The position numbers and the translations under genes are program-made. Shown here in pieces: positions 9,383 to 18,026 of a stretch of DNA of 38,159 nucleotides. The stretch lies in contig DATAEV010000219.1 in the NCBI GenBank assembly GCA_036257875.1, forward strand, positions 1 to 38,159, read 5' to 3'. Under the pieces are notes generated by a model. That model was given only the letters and a program-made list of their open reading frames with translations, was not told the DNA's origin and did no database searches. The DNA is from Actinomycetota bacterium. Its GTDB lineage: Bacteria; Actinomycetota; UBA4738; HRBIN12. Numbering within the stretch: the first letter of the stretch is position 1; each line of letters begins with the position of its first letter.

Positions 9383-9440
9383 TGGTTGCGCATCCTCCCA
9401 TAGCGGTGAACGCCCGCCTATTCCCGAGGTCAGGAGGAGA

Positions 9441-10229
9441 TCAGGCCGTCGCCTGCGTTGACGTCAAGATGCTGCAGTCCCGGCTAGAGGCGACCAAGAC
9501 GCGAACGATGTTCGCCGGCTGCCCGGCCCCGGGGCTGAGGAGGTAAACGCCGAGGACGGCCGGCACACCCCGGAAGCGAGCCTGGATCAAGCGGACGAGC
9601 TGCCCCGCCGGCGCCTGCTGGCCGGTGGGGTCCGTGAAGGCGCGATCGAGGCATGTGACCGCGTCGGCGAACGAGATCCGTTCCTCGGGTCTGACACTCG
9701 CCGCGACGGGGACCTGCGTCGCCTGGTCGTTGGATCCCAGGACCGCTCCCTCCTGGCCGCGGGAGGAGGTCGCCAGTGACTCGACGCCCGGCAGGTCGTA
9801 GTTGACGTTCTGTGTCTCGACGGAGGTGGCGGGGGATGCGGCCGCGCGCGGCGCGGCCTCATCCCCGGCCGCCGCCGTGGTGGCGGGCGCGCTCCCGACG
9901 TGCGGCAGGACCAGCGCGAGGACGATGAGCGCGGCGGCGATACCCGCCGCCGCGCCCGCCCAGCCGTACCACGCCGGACGTCCCGGCGGTGCGCCGGCGT
10001 CCGGATGGCTCTCAGCACGCCGTCTCGCCTCCGCGATCGCCACGGCGCCGAGGTCGCTCGGCGCCGGCGTCTCCGGAACCGAGGCGAGGGCCGCCCGCGC
10101 GGCGCGGGCGAGGGCAACCTCGTCGCGGCACCGCTCGCACGAGCCGAGGTGGCGCTCGACGGCGGCGCGCTCGCCTTCGGCGAGCGCGCCGTCGACGTAC
10201 TCCGCGAGCAGCGCGTCGGGATGGCTCAT
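9441..10229 (-). CDS. Membrane-anchored zinc-finger (zf-HC2/ZAS) anti-sigma factor
   Basis: [16 protein letters not shown] ... [12 protein letters not shown] contains the H-x3-C-x2-C motif. One TM helix ([22 protein letters not shown]). The ATG overlaps the sigma-gene stop (ATGA). The ORF-track extension to 10604 is out-of-frame overlap with the sigma gene and was rejected. Confidence 0.8.
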   Translation of the reverse strand: MSHPDALLAEYVDGALAEGERAAVERHLGSCERCRDEVALARAARAALASVPETPAPSDLGAVAIAEARRRAESHPDAGAPPGRPAWYGWAGAAAGIAAALIVLALVLPHVGSAPATTAAAGDEAAPRAAASPATSVETQNVNYDLPGVESLATSSRGQEGAVLGSNDQATQVPVAASVRPEERISFADAVTCLDRAFTDPTGQQAPAGQLVRLIQARFRGVPAVLGVYLLSPGAGQPANIVRVLVASSRDCSILTSTQATA

Positions 10230-10822
10230 GGTTGGTCCTCGGACGCTCGGGCCGGCGCCTCGGGTTCCCGGTTCGTGATGCCCATCGCGCGCGCGAGCGC
10301 GACCCGCCCGCGGTGCACCCGGGACTTCACCGTTCCGATCGGGACGTCGAGGACCTTCGCGATCTGCTCGTACGCCATGTCGTGCAGATCCGCCAGGATG
10401 AGGGCAACCCGGAACTCCTCCGGAACCTCCCTGAGGGCGACGACGGCATCGTGCGTCCCGGCCGACTCTTCCGCATGGTCGGGAACGGGGGGTCCCAGCT
10501 CGGGTTCCGGCAGATCCTGGTCCCCCGCGAGCCGGAGCAGCGGTTGCCGGCGGCGCTTCCGGGACAGGTCGTAGCAGGCATTGACGGCGACGCGGTGCAT
10601 CCACGTCGTGAACGCCGCGTCGCCCCGGAACTGCCGGAGCTTCGTGAGGACGGAGAGGAACGTGTCCTGGACGGCGTCGGCGGCGTCCTCGGGATCCCCC
10701 AGCACGCGGAGGCAGAGGTTGTAGACGCGTTGGCGGTGCCGTTCGACGAGTCGTTCGAAGGCGTCCGTCTCCCCGAGCAGGAACCGGCGGACCAACTCCT
10801 CATCGGGCTCGGGCGGATCCAC
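10226..10822 (-). CDS. sigM: ECF-type RNA polymerase sigma-70 factor (SigM-like by synteny)
   Basis: Region 2 (DAVQDTFLSV ... FTTWMHRVAVNACYDLSR) and region 4 (ADLHDMAYEQIAKVLDVPIGTVKSRVHRGR). Its position between murJ and the anti-sigma/trxB genes matches Rv3911. Confidence 0.85.
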   Translation of the reverse strand: MDPPEPDEELVRRFLLGETDAFERLVERHRQRVYNLCLRVLGDPEDAADAVQDTFLSVLTKLRQFRGDAAFTTWMHRVAVNACYDLSRKRRRQPLLRLAGDQDLPEPELGPPVPDHAEESAGTHDAVVALREVPEEFRVALILADLHDMAYEQIAKVLDVPIGTVKSRVHRGRVALARAMGITNREPEAPARASEDQP

Positions 10823-10831
10823 GAGCGCACG

Positions 10832-11263
10832 CTACAACGACGATGGAGACGCGGTTTCTCGCTGGACGACCTTCGTGAGATCTCTGGTGAAGGAGAACCG
10901 CCCCGCGATGATGCTGGTCGCTGTCTTCCGGAGCGTGATCGTCACGTCGCCGGACGTCGTATCGACCTTGCACCAGCCTTTGCCCATCGTCGCGTCGGCG
11001 TCGGCTTGGTGGACGGAGAGCTGGGCGGCGCCGCACGCGGCCGTGACGTCCCGCTCGTTCTGATAGGTCGAAACGGCGGTCGATGCGGCCGTCGCAGCCG
11101 CGTCCGACAGACGGAACTTGGTGAACAGGACCGACGCCGTGTCGATCGCGAAGATGCCGAGGACGGCCACGAACAGCAACCAGACGACGATGATCTTCCC
11201 GACCATGCCGGACTGCTCGCGGTGCACGCGCCGAAGGGTTCGTGGCATCCCGGTCTCCATCAC
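10832..11263 (-). CDS. Small membrane-anchored protein resembling the TadE/TadG-like (Flp pilus-assembly) N-terminal family
   Basis: 143 aa. N-terminal TM plus GKIIVVWLLFVAVLGIFAIDTASVLFTKFRLSDAAATAAS resembles the Tad pseudopilin-like pattern. The start overlaps the murJ stop (ATGA). Confidence 0.5.
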   Translation of the reverse strand: MMETGMPRTLRRVHREQSGMVGKIIVVWLLFVAVLGIFAIDTASVLFTKFRLSDAAATAASTAVSTYQNERDVTAACGAAQLSVHQADADATMGKGWCKVDTTSGDVTITLRKTATSIIAGRFSFTRDLTKVVQRETASPSSL

Positions 11264-12933
11264 GCTCGGCGGCGCAGGCGGCCGAGGAGCGCCTCCTTCA
11301 CTTCATCGACCTCGTGGATCCCGAAGATAAGCGCGCACGCCAGGAACACAAGCACCCCGGCGGCAACGCTCGCGGTCACCTGGACGAGGCGGGCGAAGGT
11401 CCGATCGACGTCCAACGCGATGCCCACAGCGGCCGAGACGCCGGCGGCTGCCGCGGCCGTCATGACCGCCGCCAGCAGCGTCTTCGCGATCGTCGTGCCG
11501 ATCGCGCGCTCGTCGGCACCCTGGAGCCGCCGCCGCACGATGACGAACAGGATGGCGGATCCGAAGACGTAGGACACGGCGTGGCCGAGGGCGAGCCCGG
11601 TCACCCCTCGGTGCCATGCGAAGGCGAGCAGCAGATCCGCCGCGATGTTCACGACGGCGACCCCGATGTTGACGAGCGCGGGAGTTCGCGAGTCATGCAT
11701 CGCGTACAAGGTGCGCGTCATGAGCTGGAAGGCGGAGAAGAACGGCAAGCCGATCGCGAATCCCGCGAGGATGTGCGCGAGGACCGGCAGTTCGACGCCG
11801 CGCACGGCCCCATGGCCGGCGAGCAGTGCGACGATCGGTCCCGCGAGGACGACGTACCCGGCGGCGGCGGGGATCATCACGGTCATCGTGTCGCGGAACC
11901 CTCGCGAGAACAGGTCGCGGACGCCTGCCCGATCCTCGACGGTCCATCGGTCGGCCATGCCGGGGATCAGCGCCGTGAAGATGGAGACGGCGACGATCGC
12001 ATGCGGGAGCGAGAAGAACACGAACGCCTGCGAGTACGCCGTGTAGGCGCCTGCCGAGATCCTGCTGGCGAGCCTGATGATGATGAGATACGCGACCTGG
12101 TTCGCCACGACGTAGACGACGACCCATCGAGCGAGATGGAAGAGCTGGCGAACGGACTCGTGGCGCCAGTCCCAGCGGAGGCGCCAGCGGAACCCTATCC
12201 CGCGGAGCGCCGGCCACAGCGCCGCGGTCATGGCGAGGACACCGAACGTCGTGCCCGCGCCCAGCAGCGTTTTCTCGACGAACGTGAGCGTCTCGACCCG
12301 TGGGGGCGTCGTCCCGCGCATCGCGATGAGGGCGAACATGGTCGCGATCACGGCGACGTTGTTCAGGACGGGCGCGTACATCTGTGCCGCGAACCGGCGG
12401 TTCGCCGTGAGCAGACCGCCGGCCACCGCGCCGACCCCGTAGAAGACGATCTGCGGCATGAACCATCGCAGGAAGAACGTTCCGAGCTCGATCTCCTGAG
12501 CTCGGCGGATCGGATCGTCGACCCCGCCGAGGTACAGACGCATGATCCACGGCGCGACCACCGCCCCGAGGACGGCAACCCCCGTCAGCAGGACGAGGGC
12601 GATCGTCAGGAACCGGTTCGCCGTTTCGAACTGGGCTCCGCGCCCGCGGTCCCTGCCACGGCCGATGAGCGCCGGGACGAAGACGCTCGTGAGGATCCCG
12701 CCCAGCACGAGCTCGTAGATGATGTTCGGGGTGGTGTTCGCCGCGTTGTAGCTGTCCGAGACCACCGTGAACCCGAGTGCGGCGAGCGTCACCGTCACGC
12801 GGATCAAGCCCGTCACCCGCGACAGGAGCGTGCCGCCCGACATCACGGCCGCGTTCCGCACGGTGGCCTCGCGGGAGTCCACCGCGTCGGGACCGGCCGG
12901 CGTCAGCTCGAGACCTTCGTCCGCCGGAACCAC
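11260..12933 (-). CDS. murJ: Lipid II flippase MurJ (MviN)
   Basis: SGGTLLSRVTGLIRVTVTLAALG ... NAANTTPNIIYELVLGGILTSVFVP is the MurJ N-terminal signature. Polytopic, 557 aa. The start could be further downstream (for example 12843). Confidence 0.9.
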   Translation of the reverse strand: MVPADEGLELTPAGPDAVDSREATVRNAAVMSGGTLLSRVTGLIRVTVTLAALGFTVVSDSYNAANTTPNIIYELVLGGILTSVFVPALIGRGRDRGRGAQFETANRFLTIALVLLTGVAVLGAVVAPWIMRLYLGGVDDPIRRAQEIELGTFFLRWFMPQIVFYGVGAVAGGLLTANRRFAAQMYAPVLNNVAVIATMFALIAMRGTTPPRVETLTFVEKTLLGAGTTFGVLAMTAALWPALRGIGFRWRLRWDWRHESVRQLFHLARWVVVYVVANQVAYLIIIRLASRISAGAYTAYSQAFVFFSLPHAIVAVSIFTALIPGMADRWTVEDRAGVRDLFSRGFRDTMTVMIPAAAGYVVLAGPIVALLAGHGAVRGVELPVLAHILAGFAIGLPFFSAFQLMTRTLYAMHDSRTPALVNIGVAVVNIAADLLLAFAWHRGVTGLALGHAVSYVFGSAILFVIVRRRLQGADERAIGTTIAKTLLAAVMTAAAAAGVSAAVGIALDVDRTFARLVQVTASVAAGVLVFLACALIFGIHEVDEVKEALLGRLRRRA

Positions 12934-14954
12934 CTCCGCGAATACAGCAGCGCCAAGACGCCGGCTGCGGCGAGCGTCACGAGCAACGCGATGTGGTTGA
13001 CCGCGGTCGAGCGCACCACGATCGCTTGGGGCTCGCCGATCTCGTCTCCGTTCGGCGCGGTGACGTCCACGAGGATGGGGTTCTGGCCAGCCGCCTTCGC
13101 GACGACGCGGAAGGTCACGACCTGATCGGGCCGCTCGAGCAGGACGGTCTGCGTGTCGCCGTCGGGATATTCGAACTGGGAGGACTGCAGCGTGATCGAC
13201 ACCCGGAGCGGGATCGGGCCCGGATCACCCATGAGGAGCGGGATCGTGCCCTCCCCGGAGGTGAACGTGAACCCCTGACCGACCTGTGGCTTGACGCTGT
13301 CGAAGGCTTGCTGGGTCGCCGCGTACACCGCGTTCAACCACGAGGTCCCGGCCTCCCAGTCCGTGACGTAGGAGGCCGACTCCGCGTAGTAGACGTCGTT
13401 CGTGAGCTCCTGCGTCACCGGGCTCGGTTGGGTCAGGATCGAACCGTACGTGCCGATCCGATGCTGCTGTGCGTGGATCTCATCGACGTACGAGGGCGGG
13501 AAGGAGGAGGCGTCGGGGGAGCGGAGGACCGCGGGTTCGCCGGGTGGGTTCACACCGGCGACGAACGTCGCGGCATCTTTCAAGCGGAGGAACGGCGTTC
13601 GCTGGAGCCGCTCCAGCATCGGCGTCCACATGCCGGGGGACAGAGACGACGGGAGTGCGAGGGCGACGCCCCGGACGTGTCCACCCTCCGGCACCGGTGA
13701 CTCCTTCCAGATGACCGCGAGCTCCCCCAACACGGCCTGGGCGGCGCGCACGGGATCGGCCAACAGGTCGGGCCGCGTCAGGAGCCCTTCGACGCCCGGG
13801 TCGGGCAGGACGAGCGTGACGTTCGAGCCGTCGGGGGCGCTCACCGTCGCGGTCGGATCGGGGTTCAACGTCGGGCCCTGGGCGTGTCGGGCGACCGTGT
13901 CGACGTTCCCAAGGACGGTCGTCGCGCCGCTGTCTGCGAGCCAACCGATCGCATCGTCGGAGAGCGACCCAGCGGTTGGCCGGGCGACGTCCGTCTGGAG
14001 CGTCGTCCCGGTCAACGACTGGAGGGTCTCGAGGCCGAGCGAACGTTGGTCCTCCAGATCGCGCCCCAGCCCGCTCGCCAGCATCGAGGGGATCGTCGGG
14101 CCCGCGAACGGCGTGGCCACCGTTCGAACGCCGGGCCCATGGGTCGCGGTCGAGAGCGAATCGAGGAACGTGGCCGCTTTCAGCGGACCGTCCGTCCCCT
14201 TGGGCACCGCCGTCCCGTCCGCCAAGGTGAATCCGCCGGCCACGCGCTGCGCCTGCTCCACGAGCGCCGGCTCGACGATCACACCCATCGGGAACTCACC
14301 CGCGGGGCCAAGCCGGCCGAGCGCTCCGTTCAGCGCGGCGATCGGCGCGCCGAGCTGTCCCTGGGGGCTGAGAGCGTCGGGGAACGCCGTGTCGAGGAGC
14401 CGCCCATCGGGACCGAACGCGATCGTCGGCTCGAGCTCGATCCAGGACGCGAGCAGCATCGGCGCGATCGGCGGCTGCACGAAGTACAGGACGGGGGTCG
14501 TAAGGGAGGCCACCACGGAGCCGTTCGATCGCACGTCCACGCGCGCGGGGTAGACCTGGCTGTCGGTCTGCTCGATCCCCGTCGCCGTCGAGAGATCCAC
14601 GCTGGGGATCTTCAACGTGGTCGCCGTGTTCGGCTCGAGCTTCCCATCGACCGGATCCTCGGTCTGGAACACGGGGCTGGTCGGGCCCTCCACGAGCGAC
14701 GACCCGTACTCGGCGACGGTCTCGTAATGAGGACCGATCGACAGGCCCACGGACAGATGTCCGAGCGAGCTGGGGCTGAGGTTCGTCGCGACGACCGAGA
14801 TCTTCAGCCGGGGATCGCCGTAACGCGCGTTCCACGGGGACTGGCTGAGCAAGGAGAGCGAAACGGTCGCGCTCTGGGCGGACGCCGGCACCCCGAGCGG
14901 CAGGGTGAAGGCGAGGAGGCCGATGACGAGCAGCGCACGGACGGCGCGTTCCAC
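12903..14954 (-). CDS. Large secreted, C-terminally membrane-anchored protein of unknown function (DUF6049 / Rv3909-like)
   Basis: Signal peptide MERAVRALLVIGLLAFTLPLGVPASA-QS and a C-terminal TM (IALLVTLAAAGVLALLY). 683 aa. Lies immediately upstream of murJ, and its 3' end overlaps the murJ ORF by 31 nt. The family call is from synteny and architecture, not from an alignment. Confidence 0.7.
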   Translation of the reverse strand: MERAVRALLVIGLLAFTLPLGVPASAQSATVSLSLLSQSPWNARYGDPRLKISVVATNLSPSSLGHLSVGLSIGPHYETVAEYGSSLVEGPTSPVFQTEDPVDGKLEPNTATTLKIPSVDLSTATGIEQTDSQVYPARVDVRSNGSVVASLTTPVLYFVQPPIAPMLLASWIELEPTIAFGPDGRLLDTAFPDALSPQGQLGAPIAALNGALGRLGPAGEFPMGVIVEPALVEQAQRVAGGFTLADGTAVPKGTDGPLKAATFLDSLSTATHGPGVRTVATPFAGPTIPSMLASGLGRDLEDQRSLGLETLQSLTGTTLQTDVARPTAGSLSDDAIGWLADSGATTVLGNVDTVARHAQGPTLNPDPTATVSAPDGSNVTLVLPDPGVEGLLTRPDLLADPVRAAQAVLGELAVIWKESPVPEGGHVRGVALALPSSLSPGMWTPMLERLQRTPFLRLKDAATFVAGVNPPGEPAVLRSPDASSFPPSYVDEIHAQQHRIGTYGSILTQPSPVTQELTNDVYYAESASYVTDWEAGTSWLNAVYAATQQAFDSVKPQVGQGFTFTSGEGTIPLLMGDPGPIPLRVSITLQSSQFEYPDGDTQTVLLERPDQVVTFRVVAKAAGQNPILVDVTAPNGDEIGEPQAIVVRSTAVNHIALLVTLAAAGVLALLYSRRWFRRTKVSS

Positions 14955-14978
14955 GGGCGCATCCTAGCCGGGCCGGTA

Positions 14979-15746
14979 TCAGCCTCTGGCGAGCCTCGCG
15001 ACCTCGGCGATCCCGTAGACGGCGGCGACGAGGAAGAGGAAGGAGCCCACCAAGAGCCGCAGGGTGCGCTCTCGGGTCCCGAGCGCGATGCTTGCTCCGA
15101 TCCGCGCACCAGGGATGACGCCGAGCACCAGGACGAACGCGATCTCCCAATCGATGTGCCCGAGGGCGGCGTGCACGATCGTGCCGGGGATCGCGATGAC
15201 CGCGATGAGCACCAGGGACGTGCCCAACGCGCGTTTCAGCGGCATGCCCAGCATCGTCGTGACGAACGGGACGAAGACGATCCCGCCCCCCACCCCGAGC
15301 AGACCGGACACGAGACCGGTGAACCCGCCCAACACCGCGTACTGCCATCCCGGCGTCGTGCCACGTTCGCGGATCCGGTATCGGGCGGAGCGCCCGATGC
15401 GCACCGCCTGCCACCCGATCAGGACGGCGGTCACGAGCAGCAACCAATGGGGATCGATCAGCGATGTGAGCCACGCGCCCGCGGCAGCCCCCGCCATCCC
15501 GGGGATCGCGGCGAACCGCACGGCTCGCCAGCTCACCTCGCGAGCGCGCGCGTAGGTGTAGCCGCCGACGAGGGCGGTCGGGATCGCGACCGGAAGCGGC
15601 GTCCCGACCGCGATGTACGGGCTCCCCCCCAGGAGCTCCTGGATGGCCGGCGTGGTGATGATGCCGCCGCCGACGCCGAACAGACCCGACAGCACACCCG
15701 CGACGACCCCGATCACGATGCCGAGGACGATCTGCTCGGTCGTCAC
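14979..15746 (-). CDS. TauE/SafE family sulfite/anion exporter
   Basis: 255 aa and polytopic. Duplicated GxxxGLLGVGGG motifs (SGLFGVGGGIITTP and SGLLGVGGGIVFVP). GTG start overlaps the NUDIX stop (GTGA). Confidence 0.85.
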   Translation of the reverse strand: MTTEQIVLGIVIGVVAGVLSGLFGVGGGIITTPAIQELLGGSPYIAVGTPLPVAIPTALVGGYTYARAREVSWRAVRFAAIPGMAGAAAGAWLTSLIDPHWLLLVTAVLIGWQAVRIGRSARYRIRERGTTPGWQYAVLGGFTGLVSGLLGVGGGIVFVPFVTTMLGMPLKRALGTSLVLIAVIAIPGTIVHAALGHIDWEIAFVLVLGVIPGARIGASIALGTRERTLRLLVGSFLFLVAAVYGIAEVARLARG

Positions 15747-16423
15747 TGCAAGAGCTCAGCGGCGCGAGCGAGGACCTCTCGTTCACCGCGATACGCCGCC
15801 CGCTTGAGCGCTCGCTCCAGCGGGAACCAGCGGATCTCCTCCATCTCGTCGTCGCGATCGTCCACGTCACCGCCGACGTGTCGCATCAAGAAGAAGTGCA
15901 CCCGCTTGCGGATCCGGACGTCCTCCCAGACGTAGATGTACTTCGTGTCGCCGAGGTCCGCCTCGATCGTCGCATCGAGCCCGGTCTCCTCGCGGACCTC
16001 GCGAACGGCCGCGTCTTCTCGCGATTCCCCCGGTTCGATCCCGCCCTTCGCGAGGCCCCAGGCGAGGTCGCCGCGGCGGGTCCTGCGGGAGGCAAGGACG
16101 ATCTCGATGTCGCCGCCCGCCCGCCGGTAGACGACCCCGCCGGCCGAGACCTCCCGTTGGGTGGGGACATGCCGGTGGGGTTTCTTCGCCGAGGCCTTCT
16201 TCTTCGAAACTCCTTTCGTCTTCGTCTTCTTCGAGGTGCCGCCCTTCGACGCTGCGCGCTGGTTCCGTTGCCCGGCGTTGGTCTTCGCCGTCGGCTTCGC
16301 CGGCGTCCCGCTCGAGGTTCCGGTTCCGGCGCCCGCCGCGGCCGGCTTCGGTCTCCGGCGCCTCCGCCGCCGCTTCCGCGGCGGCGGTTCGCCGGAGACC
16401 GAAGGAACCTCTTCACCAGCCAT
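15743..16423 (-). CDS. NUDIX hydrolase (MutT4-like by synteny) with an ~88-aa Lys/Arg-rich N-terminal tail
   Basis: Nudix box GGIEPGESREDAAVREVREETGL. I chose the start at 16423 (MAGEEV) because it leaves a 71-bp divergent promoter region before pilT. In-frame alternatives are 16474 and 16624. Confidence 0.8.
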   Translation of the reverse strand: MAGEEVPSVSGEPPPRKRRRRRRRPKPAAAGAGTGTSSGTPAKPTAKTNAGQRNQRAASKGGTSKKTKTKGVSKKKASAKKPHRHVPTQREVSAGGVVYRRAGGDIEIVLASRRTRRGDLAWGLAKGGIEPGESREDAAVREVREETGLDATIEADLGDTKYIYVWEDVRIRKRVHFFLMRHVGGDVDDRDDEMEEIRWFPLERALKRAAYRGEREVLARAAELLQ

Positions 16424-16494
16424 GACGTGCGGATAGTAGCCCTGGGTGGCCGGTCGCTCAGGCTCCAGGGCCATCGTGCCGAAACGGAGGTGGG

Positions 16495-17607
16495 ATGAAC
16501 ATCGACGAGCTGCTTCGGCATACCGTGGAACGAGGGGCGAGCGACCTGCATCTGAAGGTCGGGAACGTGCCCTTCCTCCGCGTCGATGGCGACCTGCAGC
16601 CGGCGCCCTTCGCCGAGCTGACATCGGAGGACGCCGCCGCGTTCGCTCTCGCGGTCATGAGCGAGCACAAGCGACAGGAGTTCGAGACCACGAACGAGGC
16701 GGACATCGGCTACACGCTGCAGGGCGTCGGACGCTTCCGGATCAACGTGTTCCGTCAGCGTGGACTGGTCGGGCTCGCGGTTCGGCGCGTGCGTTCAGAG
16801 ATCCCGACCTTCGAGGAGCTCCGGCTCCCGGTCGTGATGCGGACGCTCGCCGACAGTCCCCGTGGGCTGGTGTTGATCACCGGACCGACCGGGACCGGGA
16901 AGACCACGACGATCGCGTCGATGATCGGGCATATCAACCGTTCGCGTCGTGCCCACATCGTCACGATCGAGGATCCGATCGAGGTCGTGCACGACGACGA
17001 GCTCTCGATCATCCAGCAGCGCGAGGTCGGGATCGACACGGGCTCGTATCAGGCCGCGCTCAAGCACGTCGTCCGGCAGGACCCGGACGTGATCTTCGTC
17101 GGGGAGATCCGTGACGCGGAGTCGGCGCTGTCGGCGATCCAAGCCGCCGAGACCGGGCACCTCGTGATCTCGACCCTGCACACGATCGACTGCATGGAGA
17201 CGATCAACCGCGTCCTCGACCTGTTCCCTCCCCAGCAGGCCAAGGAGGTCCGCACGTCGTTCGCCGGCGCCCTCCGCGGGATCGTTTCGCAACGGCTCGT
17301 CACGAAGGCCGACGGCAAGGGCCGCGTCCCCGCCGTCGAGGTGCTCGTCAACACGGGGCGGGTCTTCGATCGCATCGTGGATCCCGAGCAGACCGACTCG
17401 ATCGTGGATGTCATCGCCGAGGGCGGCTACTACGGGATGCAGTCGTTCGATCAGGCCCTGGTGGGCCTCGTGAAGGAAGGGCTCGTCGGGGTGGACGAGG
17501 CTCGGCGCACCGCGACCAGTCCCCACGACTTCGATCTCCAGCTCGCGGGCGTCTTGGACCGCCGGTCGGCGTTCAGTGACGAGCAGTCCGCCGGGATGCC
17601 GTTCTAG
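16495..17607 (+). CDS. pilT: PilT-family type IV pilus retraction-type hexameric ATPase
   Basis: ASDLHL, Walker A GPTGTGKTTT, Walker B VIFVGEIRD, His box TGHLVISTLHT. GGAGG lies 5 nt before the ATG. Confidence 0.9.
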   Translation: MNIDELLRHTVERGASDLHLKVGNVPFLRVDGDLQPAPFAELTSEDAAAFALAVMSEHKRQEFETTNEADIGYTLQGVGRFRINVFRQRGLVGLAVRRVRSEIPTFEELRLPVVMRTLADSPRGLVLITGPTGTGKTTTIASMIGHINRSRRAHIVTIEDPIEVVHDDELSIIQQREVGIDTGSYQAALKHVVRQDPDVIFVGEIRDAESALSAIQAAETGHLVISTLHTIDCMETINRVLDLFPPQQAKEVRTSFAGALRGIVSQRLVTKADGKGRVPAVEVLVNTGRVFDRIVDPEQTDSIVDVIAEGGYYGMQSFDQALVGLVKEGLVGVDEARRTATSPHDFDLQLAGVLDRRSAFSDEQSAGMPF

Positions 17608-17990
17608 ACCCTTCCGCGATCCGGCAGCTCCCCGACCGCGCGCTGGGCCGCGATCTCCATCGGATGTCGACGGTAGCCGTACGCGATCGCCAGCAGCAGG
17701 TACACGGGGATGAACAGCGGTCCCCACGCGCAGTACTGGCGAACGTGGTGCCGCTCGTGGACGAGCAGCTGACCCTCGACCGGGCGTGCCGAGACCACGA
17801 CGAAGCCGATCGTCATCGCGACTCGATCGGCTCGAAGCATCACTCGGGAGAGCCCCCTCGGCGCCCGGTCGAACACCACGAGTCCCGACCGGACCGACGG
17901 TCGTTGGAAGGTGAGGAGCCCTGCGAGCAGGCCGATCAGCGTGTTCGGCGATGTCCAGATGAACCCCAGCCAGACGGGCACGCAGAGCAC
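17604..17990 (-). CDS. Small membrane protein with an HExxH motif (putative membrane metallopeptidase-like), family not named
   Basis: This is the C-terminal 128 codons of the 555-aa shadow ORF 17604..19271. Two or three TM helices (VWLGFIWTSPNTLIGLLAGLL; LFIPVYLLLAIAYGY), LLVHERHHVRQY, and high GC3. GTG start at 17990 (alternative 17981). No clear SD. Confidence 0.5.
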   Translation of the reverse strand: MLCVPVWLGFIWTSPNTLIGLLAGLLTFQRPSVRSGLVVFDRAPRGLSRVMLRADRVAMTIGFVVVSARPVEGQLLVHERHHVRQYCAWGPLFIPVYLLLAIAYGYRRHPMEIAAQRAVGELPDRGRV

Positions 17991-18026
17991 GGTAGCGCGC
18001 TCGACCCCCGCTATCCTCGTCCCGTC

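Noticed and set aside
7256-9403. 715-aa plus-strand ORF
   Set aside because: It is entirely antisense to cwlM, trxA and trxB, which have unambiguous motifs. Its Arg/Asp/Gly/Pro-rich composition with no recognisable domain is typical of high-GC shadow ORFs.
10230-10604. N-terminal extension of the anti-sigma ORF. Similar in-frame extensions occur for modA (23119-23544), ychF (26020-26073) and NUDIX (16424-16624).
   Set aside because: The extensions overlap the upstream gene in another frame or consume a divergent promoter. They are Arg/Pro-rich. The internal Met gives canonical N-termini (zf-HC2, lipoprotein signal, P-loop) with ATGA-type coupling.
13622-13630. DnaA-box-like GCGTCCACA
   Set aside because: It is a single imperfect copy inside a coding region. 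No cluster of boxes or AT-rich unwinding element occurs anywhere in the window. oriC is expected near dnaA-dnaN, outside this segment.
11242-15935. Two long plus-strand ORFs (11242..13125, 627 aa; 13884..15935, 683 aa)
   Set aside because: They are antisense to murJ, the DUF6049 gene and TauE. The sequences are Arg/Asp/His-rich and low-complexity, so these are shadow frames of real minus-strand genes.
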